A stretch of 64,000 bases of DNA, from the IMG/VR virus record IMGVR_UViG_3300017914_003245, positions 1 to 64,000 of that record. One strand, 5' to 3'. Positions 47,501-58,300 of this stretch are shown piece after piece. A program made the translations under genes and the position numbers. Source of the DNA: a virus. Taxonomy: Duplodnaviria; Caudoviricetes. A model generated the notes under the pieces. That model was given only the letters and a program-made list of their open reading frames with translations. It was not told where the DNA came from and made no database searches. How positions within the stretch are numbered: the first letter of the stretch is position 1; each line of letters opens with the position of its first letter.

Positions 47501-50235
47501 TTAAATATTCTTGCCACCTCGTGACCATTCCATTGATGGTTTAAATTTTTTTCTATATTTGATATATATCTGTTTGCGCCTATGAGGATCTTAGTTTCTT
47601 CCCCCGAGCTTCTTGATATGTGAGAATCAAACAACGCAGACCCATATTTCTTGAAATCAGGATCTGATAGTTGATAGATCATATTTTGATTACCTAAAGT
47701 TCTAGAGATATTGTATTCTACTCCATCCCAATTGATTGTTCCGTCAATTTCTCTCTCTTCAAAAAAACCAAAGTCTGCTGCCGAAACAGTTTTTATTTTC
47801 TTGCAAATAGTTTTATAATCATTTTGCGCTTCGTTAAAACTCTCTAAAATAGCCCAAGAATGCAGTTCTCCGTCAACAATAGTAATGACTTTATTATTAC
47901 CAGAGATACTTACCTCTGATCGACTAGTGTTTTTATTGTTGAGCGGCGCATATCGCTCGTCATGAATTAAGCTCCAGTCACCCTGGTTATTTTTTTTATA
48001 TACAGCAATACTGTCAGGCGCATTCCTGAATGTGTCCCCTATTTCGGATTTGTATGTTACCGCAAGTATGGTTCCATCTCTAGATATTACGGCGGGCACC
48101 TCACAATCCATAAAAGATATAAAAGAAGGAGGGAGCTGTGAATTAGCTACACCATTTATATTTTGAACCGTCTTATCATGGCTACTGCTTGTTGCCGCCT
48201 TTATATCAAATTCCGTAGAATTGCTGTTTAAATTTAAAAGGCGAACTCGAACCCTTGTGGATCCTGAAAGCTGTATAGCTAAACGAGAGCACATTAATAA
48301 TTTAGTATTGTCACTAGTAAAGTTTCCAACAAAAAATGGAGATACATCAGAATAAATATTCTGATAGCCATTAATGGAAGCCTCGATAATATTTAAAGAC
48401 CCATTAGAAGCTCTTTCAATAGAACCCTTCCAACGTCTTACCAAATGCTCTTCCGTATAACCGCTAGACTGGCGAAACTTTAATTCTTGCGAATCTCCAA
48501 TAAGCTGATCTGTATTAAAATATGACTGAAGATTGCTTAACAAAGCTAAAGAATCTTCTTGTAAAGAGTCGGGATAATTTAACTTGGTTTCTCCATACTC
48601 AACTGTTTCTGTCATTGATAGTATGGTATATTTTTTATCCTGATGATCTTCCAAAAGTGAGACGAGCTCTTTGTTTTCGGGGTCTCTTCGAATTCTTTCG
48701 TCTATCGACCATTTTCCATATACAATCCACTTTACTAGTACATCTTGATCAGGAGAAAAACTTAGAGATCTTGACCTAAGACTATCCTGATCGTATGACA
48801 GGCCTAGGTTTATTATATTTCTAACCGGACTCTCCCATGAAACATCAGAAAGCGAGCCGCTTTCAATATCAACTTGAATACAACCCTTAGATTCAGGTAC
48901 GGTTTGATTGTTTTCAACTTGATAAACTTCACCTCTTACCCTCAAATCAAGGTGAAGCGTCGCCACTTGATAATCTTCAATATCTTCAGCTTCTACATAA
49001 CCAACAGTTCGAGAAATATCTCTTTGAATACCTGTACTCCTTCCATTTAGCCACTCATTTCCACGATTTGTTATTTGTGGTGGATTCATAGCTTTCGAAC
49101 TAGGCCAATTTATGTATGCTATACGAGAACAGTCATCACTTATAGCTGCAACATGAAAAGTGCTAGAGACATTTTCATTATGTTTTAATGTCCAATTGTC
49201 TGAAGAAGCGCTGGCTCTATTATAAACCTCGATAGATGTTTTTTTCTTAATAACGCAAGTCAAACCATCATCACTAAACTTCAACCTATCAATAGGCTCA
49301 TATCCAACTTTACTCGAGTTCTGATCATAATAAACCTCGTTAATGTTATTGCTAAAATCTACATTTAAATTTTGAGACTCCCATATTTCAGCAGGATACG
49401 GAGGTATATAATCCTCAAACCAAACGTAAGCTTTATTTTCATTAGCAATTTTATATTTTCTTTTTGTAAAAAAATACAAATCAGGCATTCCATCAAAATT
49501 AAAGTATAAACTTTTTTCATTGGGGTCTAAAGAATCCTTTGAGTTTTCTTGATTAAACCCTTCAATGTTTACAATTAAATTATTATCAATAGATGGCACC
49601 CAAATTTTATTTGAATCAGTAAGCATAGGCACAGGTCTGTTTTCTGCTTCTCCATAATTCGCATAATGTTGTCTACCCCACTCCTCGATACTGGAAAAGT
49701 TATCGGCTTCAGCTTCATAAGCAGGAAGCAATCCATATACATCTCGCATTACATACTCTTTCCAGTCCCTGCCTCTCCAATCAAAATTTGAAATACCAGC
49801 CAAGAACCACTCTGAGTTAAATTTATCTTGATTATATTCTTCTGCACTCAATACTTCATTTAACAAAAAATCTCCAGGAGAAACATCTTTCTCTGAATGA
49901 TCTAATTTAGTTTCTATAACCAAGAATCGTCCATCATTACCAAAACTACTGTTCGTGATGACAATTTCGGTGCCCTGAACTAAATTCAGTTTATTATGCA
50001 GATCATACAAATAATAAGTCTCTTTGCCGCCCCAAGATGGACCTCCCCCAAGAAGTAAAAATCTTCTAGGTTCGGTTATTGAATGTCCTCCCGCATACGC
50101 TATATCATTCTTTGCGTATAAAAATCTATACCCCTCTCTATCAAAAACAATATCATATTTTTTATAAGACTCGCCTTTTTTATAGTCTCGGATTTGATTG
50201 CTAGAATTAGTTTTTAAGGGATCTCCAGAGCTCAT
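44554..50235 (-). CDS. Giant gpM-like minor tail protein with two M domains and accessory domains
   Basis: Two gpM-like segments (FFFDPDYG...GNGY...GINS...F.NR..ES.AI.HFLE and FFWSPS...GKGYTQ...GINE...FNNR..EARAILHFLEQHKG..PF.F...CEEWS). It lies immediately upstream of gpL. Confidence 0.8.
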   Translation of the reverse strand: MSSGDPLKTNSSNQIRDYKKGESYKKYDIVFDREGYRFLYAKNDIAYAGGHSITEPRRFLLLGGGPSWGGKETYYLYDLHNKLNLVQGTEIVITNSSFGNDGRFLVIETKLDHSEKDVSPGDFLLNEVLSAEEYNQDKFNSEWFLAGISNFDWRGRDWKEYVMRDVYGLLPAYEAEADNFSSIEEWGRQHYANYGEAENRPVPMLTDSNKIWVPSIDNNLIVNIEGFNQENSKDSLDPNEKSLYFNFDGMPDLYFFTKRKYKIANENKAYVWFEDYIPPYPAEIWESQNLNVDFSNNINEVYYDQNSSKVGYEPIDRLKFSDDGLTCVIKKKTSIEVYNRASASSDNWTLKHNENVSSTFHVAAISDDCSRIAYINWPSSKAMNPPQITNRGNEWLNGRSTGIQRDISRTVGYVEAEDIEDYQVATLHLDLRVRGEVYQVENNQTVPESKGCIQVDIESGSLSDVSWESPVRNIINLGLSYDQDSLRSRSLSFSPDQDVLVKWIVYGKWSIDERIRRDPENKELVSLLEDHQDKKYTILSMTETVEYGETKLNYPDSLQEDSLALLSNLQSYFNTDQLIGDSQELKFRQSSGYTEEHLVRRWKGSIERASNGSLNIIEASINGYQNIYSDVSPFFVGNFTSDNTKLLMCSRLAIQLSGSTRVRVRLLNLNSNSTEFDIKAATSSSHDKTVQNINGVANSQLPPSFISFMDCEVPAVISRDGTILAVTYKSEIGDTFRNAPDSIAVYKKNNQGDWSLIHDERYAPLNNKNTSRSEVSISGNNKVITIVDGELHSWAILESFNEAQNDYKTICKKIKTVSAADFGFFEEREIDGTINWDGVEYNISRTLGNQNMIYQLSDPDFKKYGSALFDSHISRSSGEETKILIGANRYISNIEKNLNHQWNGHEVARIFKYNEVDMSWSIENDTSDVNFNFFTHVGCNEDLSQIMMLNVLPPGQNDQDVDYNLDTWYDENFPVHQNNRKLYISRRVDRTSYLFNIKEGWSLFEKSARFDEGFAFDIFIQEENKWWSIRKGLSDRRKVEASPRTDVPVFNIDFTNEARNQLIPETKKSRIWIHGISDQDSVDRYEESGGFHVSMPENVIGETDTADFWSSDEFFFDPDYGSTVKYKANNTKQEFGNGYYRVQPKGINSLSFSANLKFKNRNSRESNAIVHFLENKLGQHERQEPSNNLKYTQGISGFKWGGSSTFHPYDTTKTQMLDFYCFDFSHSLNFEDSNDIDLTIKNFDFSTIRMEDGGFVRRAEEYSPSEYYEVNDVVFVSEINRYYYCKSPTQIEGVDPYKIEHDNEGNSIINDINTDSWSRSFFWSPSLGLSISQKPRLHDISLGKGYTQIYNDGINESLLDFTVNFNNRNDKEARAILHFLEQHKGFKPFQFTLPAPYDRVRNFVCEEWSHEYKYKNNHSISAKFMEHPVLLSAENFDKQIYQNQPHVPSPAKIVGDSTLVFRKPRDSGDFDSGLRYRVRGKVTNIGNEALTVTSIRGLSHPWSFKVIGNRNFDYATYVNFYPDLDRYWYDYIKDQLGLTKYEWGKQHWSEWGGKTEYRIMPARSFNFSQQFLNSEKTSAGITRLYSVLFGRTPSSQEINGWMSGSLLDIRRVLYSMMDSDEYKWGAIKYGRDDFSDEFLNEVPSQESMQYIWQTLLGRDVDSGAIDYYINNNADVFNKNIHIHYMVRTSDEFLNRIGLELGTSMQGINPIEAPLFTEQGLEPSDYIIDLPVYDENNFKNLQSDTLNLYGAKIKIVKNSFVNGSNGQIMFDLLDSDLKPIGRYIQKNTGNIFKSDDRNISLLTDYYINEEFIKKNRNPHIQPGETKFFEVTFDLFEVDLDIPLITLDKTELMFEDENGDLGNLTTRDTSIKDYSGYVRILSSASDIKINTKIYT

Positions 50236-51164
50236 CTAATGACCTCCTGCATATTAATTGTTGATACAGCGGTGGCGCCTTTAGAAATACTTATTTTTTG
50301 ATCCATTATTTTACCACTTAAAGAAAAATTGCCTATCTTAATTCCATTCATTGAATACATGAAAACATTAAAACCACTATCTTGCAAATTATCTGACTGA
50401 CTGCTTCTCTGCTGACTGCCATAAGCATTCAAGTTATCGACTAACTCAGAGCCAACAATTTCAGCTGCAGCCTCAATATTCTCTACAGAAACCCTAGAAG
50501 GCACAGCCCCCCCTGCATGTTTAGCAACATCAGTATTTTCATTTTCCCTTATTCTGTTAGATATTTTTCTGTTCACCAATATATTATACCTCAAAGATAA
50601 CATTTCAAAACCATAATCAAACACACTATCAATTTCTCCCCCAGAAATTTTAACAGACCCAAACGACTTAATAGAGTGTGCGAAGTCAACATCCCTAAGG
50701 CTCAATAATCTATCTGCAGTAGCTTCAACAGTTCCGTAAATATCGTACGTTGCATTTGCAGAAATCAAACTAAAAGGCTTCATCTCAAAACTAAATGACT
50801 TGAGATACATATTATTAAATTTATATCTTCCAACCAAATTATCATTTATAGGAAATTCACTAATATCTTTTGCGGCTTGCCTATTCATCGCAACCCTACC
50901 TAATTGCAAAAAAGCATCTAAATTATTTGTAGACATTGTGTTTGCAGAAATAAAGAATTTTATTGACAAACTTCCCTGCACTCCACTAAGAGGACGATAC
51001 CCTATAAAATTTACAGATGGGCCAAGAGTTTTAGGATCTCTTGCTCCATAAACCCTCTCTTTAGCTAAAGATGTTTTTGTAGATAAAACAGCGCTACTAA
51101 CAAGAATCTCCTTGCCGCCAATAACAATTTTACCATCTTCGAATCTCAATAAAGGGCTACTCAT
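50232..51164 (-). CDS. Tail-tube-fold / distal tail-like protein
   Basis: It lies between TMP and gpM. The alternating beta-strand pattern (YLKSFSFEMKP...ATYDIYG) resembles that of the adjacent paralog. Confidence 0.5.
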   Translation of the reverse strand: MSSPLLRFEDGKIVIGGKEILVSSAVLSTKTSLAKERVYGARDPKTLGPSVNFIGYRPLSGVQGSLSIKFFISANTMSTNNLDAFLQLGRVAMNRQAAKDISEFPINDNLVGRYKFNNMYLKSFSFEMKPFSLISANATYDIYGTVEATADRLLSLRDVDFAHSIKSFGSVKISGGEIDSVFDYGFEMLSLRYNILVNRKISNRIRENENTDVAKHAGGAVPSRVSVENIEAAAEIVGSELVDNLNAYGSQQRSSQSDNLQDSGFNVFMYSMNGIKIGNFSLSGKIMDQKISISKGATAVSTINMQEVIR

Positions 51165-51175
51165 AATAAATCAAA

Positions 51176-52315
51176 CTACCTATTTTTTGTCTCAAAACCT
51201 TTGTAGGTTAAGGATATTGATAGCTCTCCATTTATATTACTATTTATTGTCTCTCCAATTAATCTTGCATTATACGCTTGCAATTTATTTATAACAGTAT
51301 TTTTATTAAAAGAATCGCATATATCTATTACTATATTACTCTTAGGAGCGGCTTGCAATCTATCTTTTATTTCTCTAATTTCATATTCTTCAGCTATCAT
51401 AGTTAAGTTGACATCGGTTTCTATCGGATATATAGTATCAATTTGTATAGGCTCCAAGTTTGTATATTCTGCCCCGCTATTATTATACCAATTAGAAACA
51501 GAACCCCTTGGTAACGCATATCGAGGTTCAGTACTTATAGATCTGCTAAAGCTAAAAGCGCTAATTGGATCTATTTGAAAATCATTGATTGTAATTTTTA
51601 TACTAGACTGATCGGGATACTTTATTGGCTCATCCTCATTTAAGTTAAGCTGGGATAAATCCATAACAAACGCATCTTTACCTAAAATAGCGCTTCTGTA
51701 TTTATAACCAGTAACTATACTGGTATACCTCTCTTCGACGGAGGTCGGTGGTAAAGACTCATATTGTTCATACGAAATAGCGAGAGTTCCGTCATTCCAA
51801 GAACTAGAGACTTCCGAGCTATTGGTGCGCCTACCAAGATACACTCGAGAAGAATGATAGTTACCAATATTGTATGGATAATATCTAGAGTTAGTATTTA
51901 TAACATAAGTTGCATAATTTACCGTATTACCGCCCATATGACCATAAACAGTTAGATTTGTTTGTATGTCAGGAATTTCACCTATATTACAAGAAACAGA
52001 ATACGAAGATATTCTCGCCCGATTAAAACCAAACCCCTTGTTATTATTTGCATATAATATAGCTCCATCAAAATCTTGCTCATCATATACATATCTTCCA
52101 AAAATATTTTTCTCGAGCAGCGGATCTTTCCCCGTCATTTTTCTAGATATCGCAAAATTTCCAACCATAGGAGAATCCACAAAAGCATCAACAAAGCCTA
52201 CTCCAGCAATATTTACAGGCTTTTGATTTATGGAATAACTTCCGTCTGCAGATTGAACTCCTGCAAGTTTATTATTGTTTATAATAACAATTTGTTCGTA
52301 ATTCGAAAAGCTCAT
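51176..52315 (-). CDS. Tail-tube-fold protein, paralog of the major tail protein
   Basis: GVQSADGSYSINQKPVNIAG aligns with RVQSANYSFSINRQDVNQFG, and SSYSVSCNIGEIP with SNYSIEASVGGMP, of the ORF at 63363. Confidence 0.65.
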   Translation of the reverse strand: MSFSNYEQIVIINNNKLAGVQSADGSYSINQKPVNIAGVGFVDAFVDSPMVGNFAISRKMTGKDPLLEKNIFGRYVYDEQDFDGAILYANNNKGFGFNRARISSYSVSCNIGEIPDIQTNLTVYGHMGGNTVNYATYVINTNSRYYPYNIGNYHSSRVYLGRRTNSSEVSSSWNDGTLAISYEQYESLPPTSVEERYTSIVTGYKYRSAILGKDAFVMDLSQLNLNEDEPIKYPDQSSIKITINDFQIDPISAFSFSRSISTEPRYALPRGSVSNWYNNSGAEYTNLEPIQIDTIYPIETDVNLTMIAEEYEIREIKDRLQAAPKSNIVIDICDSFNKNTVINKLQAYNARLIGETINSNINGELSISLTYKGFETKNR

Positions 52316-55300
52316 TATACGGTTTTACTTAATAAACCTCCAGGCCTCTGTTCTTCTAAAATTACAGCCACCACTTGATGCTTCACTCTTTCTGCAAGCT
52401 CTGCAGAATTTTTCTCTTGATTATCTGAATTTTTGCCGCCTTCTTGTGCTCCACTTTGCTGTCGATCACTTTCAACAGCCTGACCTTTTTCTAAATTAAT
52501 GGTTATACTTATATTATTAGTGTTTCCAGATATCGACTCTGAATCTTGAGAGCCTAAAGCTTCATCACCTCCAACCATTCCCCCTTCATTGAATTTACCT
52601 GCATTTATTTGATCAAGCATTGGCCTACCAAGCCTCCTAGCAGAACTAGCCTTAATAACATATTCTCCATCGCTCAACATTGCAGGAATTTGATCGATGC
52701 CAGTTTTTCCAGAGATCCACCCACCATTGTTTTTCTTTTCAACTTCTTCTTTTTCTCTCAAAGCTTCCGTTAATGAAGGGTTCAATAAAGGAGTAAGAGC
52801 TCCCCCCCCAAAAGAATATTTATTAATTTTACCACCTCTAGAGACTCCCATTGTAGTATTGTCGAAAATAATACCCCCATAATCGTTTTCAAAAGGTTGA
52901 GACCGCTGCATGGCTTCCCCGAACGACATTCCTGGATTCATTGATTGAAGCGCCTTTGCTCCGTCTATGCTAGTTCCTGAAGATCTCGCCCAAGAGTCCA
53001 TCATAAGACCTTCTCCTAGAGCTCCAGATTCTGCCGCTGAAGAAAAAGCTGAAGAAAGTCCGGCCGTTAGAATAGTCATGCCGATTGTGGTTAACAATTT
53101 TCTTCTTTTAGCTTTTTTTGCCCTGCGCCTTGCCTCGGCTTCTTGACGAATACGCTCTTCTTCAGAGAGTATTTTTTGCATTGCTCCAGCATCTTCCTGG
53201 ACCCCTACATTGCCAGATTGAGAATAAAAGAATGCGCTCATTGCCCGTTTTTGATATTCTCTTCCTGAGACAAACCCCCTGCTACCACCAAAATTTGCCG
53301 CTAATGCAGAACCTGCTTCCGCAGGTCTTCCTGGCCCAGAGTCTGCTTCTCGACTGATAACTCCTTTTGATAATAAATTTTCTTCGACAGCGCTTCTTAA
53401 TTGAGCTTGTTTTTTAGCTTTTGCTTCAAGCAGTTTTTCTGCTATCCCGGTTTTTTCGATTGCCCCACCTCCAGAAAATTTGGGGATACCTGTTCCAGTG
53501 TTTATTTGGTGCATAAAGGCTCCTCCATACTTATTCACGGCTTGACGGCTCATAACATATTCTCCATTAGAAACGTATGCAGGAACATTACCTCCTTTGG
53601 AATATTTTTTGACAGATCCGCCATTATTAAAGCCTCCCCCTATGCCACCAACAATCGAATATGCCATTTTCTGAAGAAAGGCCTGCTGAATCATTTGAAG
53701 AAAATTTAGAGCAGCATCCTGAAGGGCTTCATCTAATTTTTTCGTTCCATTCATTGCCTCACCCAAAGCTCCGGCCAAGCCATCTGCAAATTTTTGAGGA
53801 ATTTGTTTTCCGAGATGATAATCCATAAAATCGACTTGTTCTCGCATCTCAGCAAATCCCCTCTTTAAACCAAATTTCAAACCGTCACCCTTCATATTCT
53901 GAATGCTTTTGAGTCTTGCTTTAGCTCCATCTTCGATAGCTTTTACATGATCTCTTTCTTCTTTGGTGAGCTGTTGAATCTTTTCCTTTGTGTCTGATAT
54001 TAATTTTTTATGCCTCTCTGATTTTTCGAGTATTTTATCTTTTGACTTTTCAAGCTCTAAATTTTCTTTCCTTAATTCCTTAAGTTCGTCTAATTCTTCG
54101 TCTGTTGCTTTGTCTCCTTTTTTAAGTATAGATGCTCCCCTTGTTGTATTGTCTAATATTTGAGCATCAATTGGGCTCAATTCTTTTTGCGTTTGCTTTT
54201 CTGTGAGATCACTCAAGTTAGTACCTTGCATAAAGTACTCCTCCTGAAGATCTTGATCAAGACCCAAGTCTCCTAGTTGTTGTTTTATTTGCCCAGTATA
54301 ACCTCTTCGAATATTTTCTACAGTTTTTGGGAGTTCATCGACAGCTCTTTGAGCCTTCATTTCTTTGGTCTCATATCCTCCGGAAGCTAAAATTGCAGCA
54401 TCTCTTTGTTGACTTTGAAATTCTCTGATTTTCTCTTTATGTTCTGTTTCTCGATTGTAAGCCTGTAAAGCATCACTATTTTCTCTAATAATTCTATTTC
54501 TATCTGCAAGAATTTGATTTCTTTGATTTTCTAGTTCTATACCTTTTACTTTTAGGTTATTGCCTTCTTGTAATTGACGATTAGCTTCTACATGTTCTTC
54601 AGTAATAGCTTCGATTAGGATCTTATTTGATTTCTCAGATGCATCATCCCCAAGGGTGGCTTTGTATTTTTCTACAGCTTCTATCAATTTATCAATTTCA
54701 ATTAAAGCTAAGGCATCAGTAATATCTGCAATCGTGGCGTTATCTCCCATTTTTTCACCTTTAATGCCGAGGCTTTTAGCAAGACCCGCTCTAAAATCTG
54801 AATCAGTTTCAGCGATTTTTGCAAAGCTCTCTCGAGTTTTTGCTTCAGATGCTATTTTTCCACTTTTTAAATTATCTGCGGCTTCGTCTAAAGCTTTGTT
54901 GTATTTTAATTGAGCCACTTCTTTTTCGCTTAAAAACTTCTTTTGTAATTCTGTTTCGACCAAATATAAATTTGATCGAGCCAAAGCTTCTTTTTTGATT
55001 TTCATTTCTGCATTAAAAGTTTGTTTTCTTACCGTTCTAGCAGCTTTTTCTTTGTCAATCTGTACAATCAATCCTTGATATCTTTCAGCTTGTTGTTTTT
55101 CATATTCGTCTTTTAATTTTTTCAGTCCTGGATTTACTTCTTCAGCGACTTCTTTGTCTGAAGCTTGAAATTTTTGGGACTTGCCCCTAATTTTTCTAGT
55201 AATACTTTCACCTTTTAAAACCTTAGCATACTCTTCTTTACTTAAATCCGCTATAGTTCTTTGACCAAAATTAAAGCTAAATACATTACCTTTTTCATTT

Positions 55301-58300
55301 TCTAGAAAGTAATCTATTAAATTATTTCTAATTTTCTCAGCTTCTTGAGCCTGCTCTTTACTTGCTCCAATTGCAGACATTGCAAATTCATCAAATTCCC
55401 TAGACATTGCAATACTTCTGTCTCTATTTTCCTTATTTTTGCCTTTGTTTGCTCGAGCAGATATTTTTGCATCTCTTTCTGCTGGAGTCATATATCTACC
55501 TCCTTTTTGAAAATACTCTTGATATTTTTCAACTCCTTTAACATGTGAGAGTTCGTCTAAATGAGGAACAGCTCCACTTCTTTTTGCTAAAACATCGAAA
55601 GATTTAATTAAAGCATCTCCAGCTGTCTGTTCGGAATCTAAACCTAATATTTTTGCGCTTTCTTTAATATTTGGAATTTTTCCAATATTCGTTTTAAGTT
55701 CTCCAGCTTGAATTATTGATTGAAGGCCTTGTGAGTAAGATTGCGCTTGAGTAGCTATTCTCTCATCATTTTGCTTTTGAATTGCTTCTGTATTTTCTTT
55801 CATAGCAGACGTATAACCATCAAACGCTCCGTATAAGGCTCCAGCAGCAACCACAAATGGTGCAGCTGGACCAAAAAATGGAGCAATCATGCTTGCCATA
55901 TATCCAGTTGAGGCAGCTCCCTGTAAAGCTCCTCCCGCATTATACATAGCAGCCCCGGATCCTGTTTGTCCAGGACCATCTCCCTGCAAGTATGCGGCGG
56001 CCATAGGTAGTCCTAGAATTGCAGTCATACCCGCATTACCCCTAATCTGAGCTCCCCTTCGCTGCCTGCTTTGTTGAGTTAGCTGAGTCTCGGCTTGAGC
56101 TCTAGCTGTTTTTGCTGCGGTTAATTTATTTTCTGCTGCAGCTGCACGTCTTGTCGCTTCAGTTTTTGTTCTTTCTGAAGCGTAAGCAGATTGAGATATA
56201 CTTGAATAACGTCTTTTGTGTTCGGTTAATTTTTTAATTTCTGCATCATGCTTGGCCATTTCTGCTCTTGATTTTTCCATTTGAGCATTATAGTCTTCAA
56301 CAGTTGCGTTGCCCCTTAGACCGCTAAATAAATCCGTAATCATTCCAGGCATTGCGTAATTAGGCACAAAGCCTTTCGCTCCAAAAACATCCCTCAATCC
56401 ATTGGGTTCATCTTTAGTATTGGTTACTCCAAGGCCAATTGGATTTCCTTTATTAACTAAAGCTGGATGAGAATCTACTCGAATTTGAGAAACAGGTACT
56501 CCTGCTTGACGTTCTCTTGATATTGCGTCTGCAAGAGGGTTCGCATAATTAGGAATAAATCCTCCAGAAAGCAAAACGGGGCTTGAGCTTTTCCCACGTA
56601 ATCCTAGTCGAATCGACTCCTTTCCGGTGAGAGCTTTTGCCATTGCATTTTTGGGGGCAGAACCCCTAGATCCTCTAAATATTATTTCCTTAGCAATTTT
56701 AGCAGCCATTGAAGCCTGCAGTTCTCGACCGTCTGAAATCTTAAAGTCTCCCCTTGGTGCGATTGGGCCATACAACTTTTTGAGTTCAGGAGTCGCCATT
56801 CTAACATCAAAATCGCCACCCATATAATTGCTATCTGTAGCTTCGGTTTTCAGCCTTCTGGATAAAGCTTCTTCAAATACAGCGCCATACAGGCCACTAA
56901 TAGCTCCTTTTGCTCCGCTGCGACCTCCCTCTGGTCCCATAAATTGCTTAATGATTGAATCTGCAGATGATGCTGGAATTTTTTCAATACTTGGTCCTAA
57001 TTGCAGTTGATTCGCCACTTTTACAGTTTGAGTTCCTATAACTTTTCCAAGTTCCTTGAGCGCTTGAGGAACAACTCTTTGTTGATTATCTAAAGCTGAC
57101 TCTGTATAACCACCTTTTTTGACTCCTGCAATATTAAATAATATATTTTTATTAATTTTTTGACCGAATACAGGTTTTCCGCCTTTCGATCCAGGAGAAA
57201 CTCCAGATCCTCCGCCAGAAACTTTTCTTCCATACCCCTCAAAAGGAATCAGCATAGTTGCAACACGTCTAGCGTCAATAGTATTTCCCTTATTAAAGTT
57301 GGGAATAAATCCATCTGCAGCATAAGGGTCAAAACCATGAACCTCCCCAAATGCTTTTTGATAATTTTTGCCAGCCTTACTTGATTGAGGAGGCATGATA
57401 GCTGGCTGTTTAAAACCAGCAAAATTCTTGACTTGCTCTGCGCTATTGTATATGACCGAGCCTTGTCCTGGCATATCCATAGCTCGAATATTTCCTGCGG
57501 CATAGCCTCCCTCTGCTGCTTGCTGACGTTCCGAAAAATTAGGTATGTGACCGTAAGCCCTATTTCTTCTTGGACTTAGGCTTGGACCGTAACCCTGTCT
57601 GTACAACGTAGACGCTGCCTGCTTGGAAACTTCATTTAAAATTCTGGCTTGAGCAACCTGAGACTGTATTAAACCTAAAATTATTTTTTCTTTTTCTGCT
57701 CGACTAATATCAGTGCGCAACATTTCTTTATTCAGCGCTGCATTTTGACCGAACAAAGTAACAAGAGATGTTTGTATAGCCTTTTGTTTTTGAGCTTGCG
57801 TGGTAATACCGACAAGAGAATTCAAACTATCTTTTGTGAATTTAAATGCTTGAGCAAATAGCTTAACAAATACAGTTGTTAATACTACCAAACCTGGGCC
57901 AGTGATTATATTACCTAAACCTTTTAAAAATCCTGTTGCAAATTTATTTCCCGTACTCTCCCCGTCGCCAAGAATACCAGATGCAGACTCCGCAAAAGAT
58001 TTTACAGTGTTCAATATTTTCTCCATGCCTGGAGCAAGCATAATCTCGCCGATTTGAGCGCTTAATTGTTTAATTGCTAAACCTGTTTCTGTTGCCATGG
58101 CAGACATGGTTTCTCTCAATTGCTCATTTTTTGTTATAGCTTCGTCAGTTGCTCCAGCAGCGATTTGAGTTGCTGTAGACAAGATACCATTTTGTTTTGC
58201 TGCATCACCCAGAACAGCTTTAAGCACGTTGATTTGGAATACTCCACCAACGGTTTGTGCAATTTGAGCTTTCTGAGATTCGCTGAGTTTATCAAAAGTA

